DNA of 38,928 nt from an uncultured Candidatus Saccharibacteria bacterium (GTDB lineage Bacteria; Patescibacteriota; Saccharimonadia; Saccharimonadales; Saccharimonadaceae): contig CAZHTQ010000001.1 of NCBI GenBank assembly GCA_964535375.1, forward strand, positions 1-38,928, given 5' to 3'. Position numbers and translations under genes: made by a program. Position 1 is the stretch's first letter. Each line of letters begins with the position of its first letter. Shown here in pieces: positions 28,693 to 35,417 of the stretch. The notes beneath the pieces were generated by a model. It searched no databases, was not told the DNA's origin, and saw nothing but the letters and a program-made list of their open reading frames with translations.

Positions 28693-30747
28693 TTAATTGA
28701 GAGTTGTTAATTGTTGATATTTGGAAATGCCGGCCATGAGTTCTTTATATTGTAACATATCTTCGCCTGATGTCAATAAACGGTCGACATCGTGTTGGGC
28801 TCGGGCGATGAGTTTGGTGTCGGACAGGGTGGCAATACGAAGGTCGAGAGCGCCGTGTTGCAGGGAGCCGTAGATTTCGCCGGGACCACGGAGTTTTAAA
28901 TCAACCTCGGCGAGATGGAAACCGTCGGTGGATTTTGCGACTTCACGGAGACGGCGGGATGGCTCATCGTCGCCAGAGGTAAGTAAGTAGCAGTAGGCGG
29001 CAGAGGCGCCACGACCGACGCGGCCACGGAGCTGATGGAGCTGGGCGAGGCCGTAAGAATCGGCGTTTTCGATAACCATAAGAGTGGCATTGGGGACGTC
29101 GACGCCCACTTCGACTACGGTGGTGGAGACTAATATTTCGGTAGCACCAGAGGCGAAACGTTCCATGACAGCATCTTTTTCGGCAGGTTTCATTTTGCCG
29201 TGGAGGAACTCAATGCGGGCGGTGGGGAAAACTTCTTTGAGGCGCTTGACGCGGGTTTTGACAGAGGTGGATTCGGAAACGGCGGAGTCATCGATGGCTT
29301 TACAAATCCAGTAGATTTGCTGGCCAGTGGCATTGGGGCCGTGACGTTTGGTATCGGGTGGACGAGAGAGGATGTCTCGCATGGCAGGGTATAAATGCTC
29401 TTTTGATTCGGTTTCTTTGAGGATACGGGTAGTGATAGGTTGGCGACCAGCGGGGAGTTGGTTTAGGATGGAGACGTCGAGGTCGCCAAAGACGGTGAGC
29501 TGGAGTGAGCGTGGAATAGGGGTGGCGGTCATGGCAAGAAGATGTGGGGCGAGGCCTGGCGGGGATTTGAGGGCGAGTTTTTGACGCTGGGCTACGCCAA
29601 AGCGGTGTTGTTCGTCGATGATGACGAGGCCGAGGTTCTTAAACTCGGTGTCGTCGGTAATGAGGGCGTGGGTGCCGATGATGAGATTGATGTCGCCAGA
29701 TTTTAGCGCTGTTTTAAGGGTGGGTTTGCCTTTGGTGGCGCCAGTGAGGAGGGCAGAAGTGATGCCGAATTTTGAAAGAAGTGGATGCAAGGACTCATAA
29801 TGTTGACTTGCGAGGATGGCAGTAGGGGCGAGGAGAGCAACTTGGACGCTACCGCTCCTTATAGCTTCGTATGCGGCGAGGGCGGCAACTATGGTTTTGC
29901 CGGCGCCGACGTCGCCCTGAAGCAAGCGGTTCATAGGAGTGGGATGCTCTAAATCTTGGAAAATTTGCCAGGCGGCAAGACGTTGAGCATTGGTGAGCTT
30001 AAAAGGCAGGCTTTGGACGAATTCTTGGATCATTGTGGCATCAAAATTGATGATAGGGGCGCGAAGTTTCTCATTGGCACGACGATTGAGTTTGGAAGCT
30101 AGGATAAGCTCATAGAGCTCTTCGTAGGCTAGGTAGGCACGGGCGTTTTTGACAGAGGCTTCAGAGGCGGGAAAATGGGCGTAGAAGAGAGCATTGCTGC
30201 GGGTGCCGGGCTTGACGCTGGGTAGTAAATCAGGGATAAGGGCGAATTTGTCGCGGGAATTGTTGATCAAACGTTGAAAATCGTGGGACTTAATTTGGCC
30301 GTGGGCCACGTAGATGGGGCTTAGAGAGCTTGAAGGGTCGATATCGGATACCAGGGCGCTTGATGGCGAAGTGAGCTGGTAGCGGCCATTTTTGAGCTCG
30401 TAGGTGCCGGTAAAGTAATATTCTTTCTCGGGGTCGAATTGGCGGGCGCGGTAAGATTGATTGAACCATACGGTGCGTACGGCGCCGGTGTGGTCGCGGA
30501 TAACGCCTTCGGTGATGGCGAGGTTGCGACGACGAGCACGGCGGGTGCTGATGGAATCAATTTTGCCCTTGATGACGACTTTGCCCGGGCGCATAGCGGA
30601 AATGGTGCTGGGGCGGGCATAATTTTCGTAGTCACGAGGGATGGTATAGAAAAAATCACGCAAGGTTTTAATACCGGCCTTTTGTAGTGCCAGGGCGGTT
30701 TTGGGACCAATACCCTTTAGTTCCTCCACATTCGCGCTTAAATCCAT
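28693..30747 (-). CDS. recG: ATP-dependent DNA helicase RecG
   Basis: MNRLLQGDVGAGKT, DEQHRFGVAQR, MTATPIPRSL, QLHQLRGRVGRG and DLKLRGPGE. Confidence 0.97.
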   Translation of the reverse strand: MDLSANVEELKGIGPKTALALQKAGIKTLRDFFYTIPRDYENYARPSTISAMRPGKVVIKGKIDSISTRRARRRNLAITEGVIRDHTGAVRTVWFNQSYRARQFDPEKEYYFTGTYELKNGRYQLTSPSSALVSDIDPSSSLSPIYVAHGQIKSHDFQRLINNSRDKFALIPDLLPSVKPGTRSNALFYAHFPASEASVKNARAYLAYEELYELILASKLNRRANEKLRAPIINFDATMIQEFVQSLPFKLTNAQRLAAWQIFQDLEHPTPMNRLLQGDVGAGKTIVAALAAYEAIRSGSVQVALLAPTAILASQHYESLHPLLSKFGITSALLTGATKGKPTLKTALKSGDINLIIGTHALITDDTEFKNLGLVIIDEQHRFGVAQRQKLALKSPPGLAPHLLAMTATPIPRSLQLTVFGDLDVSILNQLPAGRQPITTRILKETESKEHLYPAMRDILSRPPDTKRHGPNATGQQIYWICKAIDDSAVSESTSVKTRVKRLKEVFPTARIEFLHGKMKPAEKDAVMERFASGATEILVSTTVVEVGVDVPNATLMVIENADSYGLAQLHQLRGRVGRGASAAYCYLLTSGDDEPSRRLREVAKSTDGFHLAEVDLKLRGPGEIYGSLQHGALDLRIATLSDTKLIARAQHDVDRLLTSGEDMLQYKELMAGISKYQQLTTLN

Positions 30748-30852
30748 GTATTTAATTATAGCACGGGGTGGGGGAAATGTGGATTTAAAAAAGACAAAAA
30801 AGTTACTTTAAAATACAAGAAGTATGTTATAATCTAAATAACTATGCAAAAG

Positions 30853-30920
30853 TTAAGAAAAATAGTCCGCTGGTCCTCTTATGAGCGGACTATTTTTTGA
30901 GTGGGTCAAGACTACGAGAG
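30853..30920. repeat. Direct repeat copy A; bidirectional terminator hairpin at the 3' end of the predicted TR RNA
   Basis: TTAAGAAAAATAGTCCGCTGGTCCTCTTATGAGCGGACTATTTTTTGAGTGGGTCAAGACTACGAGAG matches 35285-35351 with 3 substitutions and one 1-nt indel. Confidence 0.9.
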
Positions 30921-31310
30921 GCGGGCAAAGAGGAACCTAGGTAGCGGCCTAGCCTGCGAATAGACAGCGGACCGAAAACCCGTTCCTGCGATTGTTATTG
31001 TTGGCGGAGTAGACGTTGCCTGAGTAGAAATTCAGGTTGTGGGCGTTAGTACTGCTACTAGCAGTAGAGGACCAGTAGTTCCCGTTCGTGCCTCCGTTGT
31101 AAAACGTAGAACCGTTGTAGTTGCCGGCGCGTAAGAACACCGCAAAGAACGATAAAACGTAATTATTAAAGAGCCGCAATTATAATCCCAGTGAATTGTT
31201 CTAACTCGCTGTATTTTGGTATTAAACTTGCACAATAATGGCGCAAGGGGGCTCTGCCTCTCGTATTGGAAATCTGGACGAGCGAATATTCGCCAGTGAG
31301 ATTTTGACCC
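30856..31310 (-). ncRNA. Predicted DGR template RNA (about 455 nt)
   Basis: Minus-strand TGTTATAAT at 31325-31317, terminator hairpin at 30858-30897, complementary 5' and 3' flanks, contains TR. Confidence 0.7.
30915..31137 (-). repeat. DGR template repeat (TR), 223 nt
   Basis: Reverse complement aligns without gaps to 32932-33154; 11 AAC and 3 AAT codons in target frame; all 14 mismatches are at TR adenines. Confidence 0.97.
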
Positions 31311-31316
31311 TATAGT

Positions 31317-31398
31317 ATTATAACATATACTAATTCCAAAATTATAAAATTTTAATGCTAAAAGGTATTGACAAACATTAGTAGACTCGTGCTATAAT
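31317..31398. promoter_or_regulatory. Divergent sigma70-type promoters for the TR RNA (-) and the target leader (+)
   Basis: Minus strand TGTTATAAT at 31325-31317; plus strand TTGACA (31368-31373) and TGCTATAAT (31390-31398). Confidence 0.7.
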
Positions 31399-31402
31399 AA
31401 AA

Positions 31403-31548
31403 GTGCAATAGTTTAACATTTGAGGAATTACCAACGGTTATTTTGTAGATCAACGAAGGTAAAAAAGGCATCGGGATGGAGTCTAGCTTTCGTTACTACT
31501 AGTTGGTAACAGATGTTAAACTATTGCACCATCGCGGTGCCTTTTTTA
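31403..31548 (+). promoter_or_regulatory. Structured leader or small RNA with interlocking inverted repeats and a terminator-like end
   Basis: 20-bp IR 31403-31422/31510-31529; 8-bp IR 31428-31435/31502-31509; second 20-bp IR 31460-31479/31529-31548; GCACC-atcgc-GGTGC-CTTTTTT. Confidence 0.65.
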
Positions 31549-31596
31549 GGCTAGCGAAGCATAAAACATATTAAACATAAAAAGAGAGGAATACTC

Positions 31597-31698
31597 ATGA
31601 AGAAAACAACTCTATACCGTAAATCCACCAAGCGTCTTACTGAACACATTATTTTGTCCGCTACAGTTTGTCCCCTCTCTCAAATTGTAGCGGTTTAG
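31597..31698 (+). CDS. Possible 33-aa leader peptide (MKKTTLYRKSTKRLTEHIILSATVCPLSQIVAV)
   Basis: AGAGAGGA RBS and ATG...TAG; the 3' part overlaps a 13-bp hairpin at 31658-31693. Confidence 0.35.
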   Translation: MKKTTLYRKSTKRLTEHIILSATVCPLSQIVAV

Positions 31699-31731
31699 GA
31701 GAGATATTAAAAATAATAGAGGAATAAAGTG

Positions 31732-33120
31732 ATGAAGGTCATATATAAAAAAGGAATAACAATAACAATAATAACACTACTCGCGATACTTGGAACGTTA
31801 ATTGTAGTTCCGACAGCTGAAGAGACGGCCGAAGCTACTGAGTATCCATTGAATGTACAAGCTGTTGAATATCTCGATGTGACGTTGGATGGTACTGGAA
31901 CACTTGCGGTGACACCATCGGCGGAAGGTACATTTGGTGAACAGACCGTAGGCGTAACAATATCCGGTAATGCTGGGAATGGCTATACTGCGTCAATGTA
32001 TAGCACTGCGACTAAGCTCGTAAGGACTGCATCGATTAATAATGAAACGCCAGAGATTGCTACGCTTGCCGATGATAATAGTGGCAATGGCTATACCAGC
32101 GAAAACTTTCCAGTAAATAAGTGGGGCTTTAGGCGGGTGAGCGGTGAGTTTACAGACGGTGGATATAGGCCTATGATTTCGAATAATTTCATACCGTTAG
32201 GCTATACTAGCGCAGGTACTAATAGCCATCGTACGACTGTGTCTTTTGGCACAAAGTTGGATAATGAAACTCCGGCTGGTACTTACACTATCACGTTGAA
32301 TTTTGTGGCAGTAGCCAATCGCGCTACACCGCAGTATATGCAAAATATAAGTGCATCTACGCTGGCTACGCTCATGCCCAATGTAGGCGATACAACGATA
32401 TTAATCGATAATCGCGATAATAATAGCTATAAGATTGCCAAACTTGCTGATGGTAAGTATTGGATGATATCCAACCTAGACCTTGCTGGCGGTACTGCGC
32501 TATACTCTGGGTCGTCTAATGTGCCGGCGGGCTACGAATACACTCCATACTATACCCTCCCCGCTTCCTCCACTACTGGTTTCGATAATGATGGCGCTGC
32601 ATATGCTTATGTATATAATAGTCCAAACAAAACAGACTCGTGTGGCTCTGGTTGCTATTCGTATTATTCCTATAACGCAGCTACCGCCATGTCTGGCACC
32701 AGCATAAGTACAGATAATACTGACGCCCCATATTCTATCTGCCCAGCTGGCTGGCGACTCCCTACTTCACGCACTACTGTAGAGCTCGCACAGGGTACTC
32801 CTGGCTCGGACTTTTACAAAATGGCAATACATTACGGACTTAAAGATAGTGTAGTGAATGAAGATCCAGATAATGACGGCATGAATTTCTGCACGCTAGG
32901 CGGCGATTGTGGCACTAATACCGTACCTCGCTTCTTACGCGCCGGCGACTACAGCGGTTCTACGTTTTACAACGGAGGCGCGAACGGGGCCTACTGGTCC
33001 TCTACTGCTAGTAGCAGTACTGACGCCCACTACCTGGGTTTCTACTCAGGCAGCGTCTACTCCGCCGCCAATAGCAATCGCAGGCACGGGTTTTCGGTCC
33101 GCTGTCTATTCGCAGGCTAG
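31732..33120 (+). CDS. DGR target: secreted protein with N-terminal beta-sandwich and C-terminal FISUMP (Fib_succ_major, CLec-fold) domain
   Basis: Signal peptide; DNRDNNSYKIAKLADGKYWMISNL, YYSYNAA, SICPAGWRLPT, YWSST and GFSVRC; VR at the C-terminus. Start is GTG 31729 or ATG 31732. Confidence 0.9.
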   Translation: MKVIYKKGITITIITLLAILGTLIVVPTAEETAEATEYPLNVQAVEYLDVTLDGTGTLAVTPSAEGTFGEQTVGVTISGNAGNGYTASMYSTATKLVRTASINNETPEIATLADDNSGNGYTSENFPVNKWGFRRVSGEFTDGGYRPMISNNFIPLGYTSAGTNSHRTTVSFGTKLDNETPAGTYTITLNFVAVANRATPQYMQNISASTLATLMPNVGDTTILIDNRDNNSYKIAKLADGKYWMISNLDLAGGTALYSGSSNVPAGYEYTPYYTLPASSTTGFDNDGAAYAYVYNSPNKTDSCGSGCYSYYSYNAATAMSGTSISTDNTDAPYSICPAGWRLPTSRTTVELAQGTPGSDFYKMAIHYGLKDSVVNEDPDNDGMNFCTLGGDCGTNTVPRFLRAGDYSGSTFYNGGANGAYWSSTASSSTDAHYLGFYSGSVYSAANSNRRHGFSVRCLFAG

Positions 33121-33154
33121 GCCGCTACCTAGGTTCCTCTTTGCCCGCCTCTCG
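32932..33154 (+). repeat. DGR variable repeat (VR): last 62 codons, stop and 34 nt downstream
   Basis: 14 substitutions versus TR (10 A>G, 3 A>C, 1 A>T) in 11 codons, all non-synonymous. Confidence 0.97.
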
Positions 33155-33268
33155 AAACAAAAAGAGATAATGAGAGGCGAGGCGAGCTGGAGCCACAATA
33201 ATCAAATGTAAGCAAAATAAGAACGAAAAAGTAATGCAGTATAGTGCTACTGCGAGAAGGGAGTAATA

Positions 33269-34165
33269 GTGAAAATAAAAGCAGACCCCGGGACGAAGCG
33301 TGCCGCCGATGCGATAGCAGTAGCGAAAGCACAAGCGGCACGCAAAAAGTATTATGAGATTAAGGAACGGTTGCTTAAATTTGAGGAGAATAACTATACA
33401 CAGCTAGTATTGATAAAGTCAATGGATGCGGATTGGTGGAAAATGTTTGGTCATTCCGCCATTTTTTATAAGTATATGATTGGCGAGCGGTTGAAGCTAA
33501 CAGTGAATTTGCTTCCTGATACAGACTATCATGTAAAATCAAAAGAGGGGTTTGTGGCGATAAAAGATCTTATTAGCTTTGAAAACAAGTTGAAAGAGAG
33601 TAAAATATACAGATTAAAAACGACATCCGATACGATAATATTTGACCTGGGCGAACGAGTGAGTGAACAAGATTATCAGCAAATGCTGCGTGAAGATATG
33701 ATGAGGCTTGAAATGGCAAATAAGTTAATAGTGCCAGAAGAGCATATGGTAGAACTTAACGGAAAGGTAAGGGATTTGCATGAAATGATATATACTACTG
33801 TTCGTAAAATGGATGGTGTAGCGAGAGAGACGTTCGCGAACGAAATAGAAAGAACCGTGGCTGCTTTGCAGCGTAAAATACTAAGGGTGTCTAGAGGTAC
33901 TGCCGATATCGATGATTGCTTGGCAGATGCTTTCGACGCTACAGAGGAGCTGTACGGATATGTAACAAATTTAATAACCTTGAAACTGCTTGCGCCAAAG
34001 AAAATCTATGATTTGACCGTGGCAATAGTAGCGCTAGAAAAACAAATTAAGAGGGAGATGCATAAACGTGTGTTGGTACAAGCGGAAATTAATATTAAAA
34101 ATGAAGCAAAGAATAATATGGTAAGGAGAGGTAAAAGTGAAATTTCGACCAAGGAGAAAAAGTAG
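33269..34165 (+). CDS. DGR accessory protein: putative MutS-domain-I-like N-terminus fused to an Avd-like helical bundle
   Basis: N-terminal QLVLIKSMDADWWKMFGHSAIF...GFVAIKDLISFENKL; C-terminal ~120 aa helical segment with Avd-like pattern; overlaps the RT start. Confidence 0.65.
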   Translation: MKIKADPGTKRAADAIAVAKAQAARKKYYEIKERLLKFEENNYTQLVLIKSMDADWWKMFGHSAIFYKYMIGERLKLTVNLLPDTDYHVKSKEGFVAIKDLISFENKLKESKIYRLKTTSDTIIFDLGERVSEQDYQQMLREDMMRLEMANKLIVPEEHMVELNGKVRDLHEMIYTTVRKMDGVARETFANEIERTVAALQRKILRVSRGTADIDDCLADAFDATEELYGYVTNLITLKLLAPKKIYDLTVAIVALEKQIKREMHKRVLVQAEINIKNEAKNNMVRRGKSEISTKEKK

Positions 34166-35288
34166 ATATCATAATCAGTTGAGGAGATTACCACAATGCA
34201 ATGATGACTTGATGCCGGCGCTGTATGAGGCTTTTATGATGGCTAGACGTGGTAAACTCAATACAAATGATGAGTATAGATTTGAGACACATTATCTTGA
34301 AAACATAGAACAATTATCGAGTGATATTGTTACTCGCAGGTATAAGCCTGGTAGGAGTAAGGCGTTTATAGTAAATGACCCAGTAGTTCGCGAGATATTT
34401 GCAGCGCCCTTCAAGGACAGGATAGTCCATCATTTGTTGTATGCGGTGGTGGCGCCGTGGTGGGACAATCATTTTATATATACAGCATCATCGTGTAGGA
34501 CTGGCAAGGGTACGGATTTTGCTATATGTGAACTACAAACGGCAATGCGAAAGGCGTCACGAAATGGGACGCGGAAAGCGTATGTTTTTAAGGGTGACAT
34601 ATCTGGGTATTTTATGAGTATGAAACGTGAGTTGTTGTATGAAAAAGTGATGTGGGGACTCAATAAACAGTTTCCGGAAAAAGGATGGCTATACGATATG
34701 TGTGCCTATCTGTGGAAAGAAGTAATTTTTGACGATCCTACGGTGGGTGTGAGATTTGCGGGACCAAAATCTGATTGGGAGCCATTACCGAAGAACAAAA
34801 GCTTGTTTAATCAGCCTAAGGGACAGGGAATAGTAATTGGTAATTTGACTTCGCAATTACTATCAAATATCATGATGAACGAATTTGATTGGTATATGAA
34901 ACGCAAAATGGGGTTCAAATACTATGGTCGATACGTAGATGATTTTTATGTGGTGGTAGACGAAAATGAATATGATAGAGCACGCGTAGTGATGTGGACA
35001 GATGTAGCCGAGCGGCTGAAAGGATTAGGGCTTAAAATGCATCCAAAGAAACACTATGAGCAAGAGACGCACAAAGGCTGCCCGTTTCTTGGTAAGGTGG
35101 TGAGGTCAGGTTACATTCTTCCAGGTAAAAGATACAAGAAAAACGCTAGGAGGGCGTTTTATTTTTGTGCAACGACTGGTGAAAAGGAAGAAGCGGTAAT
35201 ATCTTATGTTGGGATGTCGAAAAATATGCAGGCGAAGAAATTCCTAGACCGTGAATTTTCAAAGGTTGGGTGGAGATATAGATATTAA
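34137..35288 (+). CDS. DGR-class reverse transcriptase
   Basis: REIFAAPFKDRIVHH, KGDISGYF, GIVIGNLTSQLLSN (GxxxSQ DGR signature), YYGRYVDDF and PFLG; 383 aa with no maturase or endonuclease tail; AAGGAGAGG RBS before GTG. Confidence 0.96.
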   Translation: MKFRPRRKSRYHNQLRRLPQCNDDLMPALYEAFMMARRGKLNTNDEYRFETHYLENIEQLSSDIVTRRYKPGRSKAFIVNDPVVREIFAAPFKDRIVHHLLYAVVAPWWDNHFIYTASSCRTGKGTDFAICELQTAMRKASRNGTRKAYVFKGDISGYFMSMKRELLYEKVMWGLNKQFPEKGWLYDMCAYLWKEVIFDDPTVGVRFAGPKSDWEPLPKNKSLFNQPKGQGIVIGNLTSQLLSNIMMNEFDWYMKRKMGFKYYGRYVDDFYVVVDENEYDRARVVMWTDVAERLKGLGLKMHPKKHYEQETHKGCPFLGKVVRSGYILPGKRYKKNARRAFYFCATTGEKEEAVISYVGMSKNMQAKKFLDREFSKVGWRYRY

Positions 35289-35351
35289 GAAAATAGTCCG
35301 CTGGTCCTCTTATAAGCGGACTATTTTTTGAGTGGGTGAAGAATACGAGAG
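35285..35351. repeat. Direct repeat copy B; terminator after RT
   Basis: Near-identical to 30853-30920; overlaps the RT stop codon; AAAATAGTCCGCT/AGCGGACTATTTT hairpin with T tract. Confidence 0.9.
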
Positions 35352-35417
35352 ATATGTGTACTAGTGTATGTGAAATGTTGACTTTGGGCGAAATGGTGTG
35401 CTATAATCGTAAGCAGG

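Larger units (their letters stand above)
30853..35351. mobile_element. Diversity-generating retroelement cassette (inverted TR, target gene, accessory gene, RT) bounded by direct repeats
   Basis: TR/VR pair with adenine-only differences, DGR-type RT, Avd-like gene and flanking ~68-bp direct repeats. Confidence 0.93.

Noticed and set aside
30949-31179. 76-aa minus-strand ORF resembling the target C-terminus (possible gene fragment or second target)
   Set aside because: It is the TR read in target frame: AAC-rich, TTG start with no evident RBS, and homology stops at the repeat boundary.
34137-35288. RT as a group II intron, retron or CRISPR-associated RT
   Set aside because: It has the GxxxSQ motif, no maturase/endonuclease tail, no retron VTG motif, and a TR/VR pair is present.
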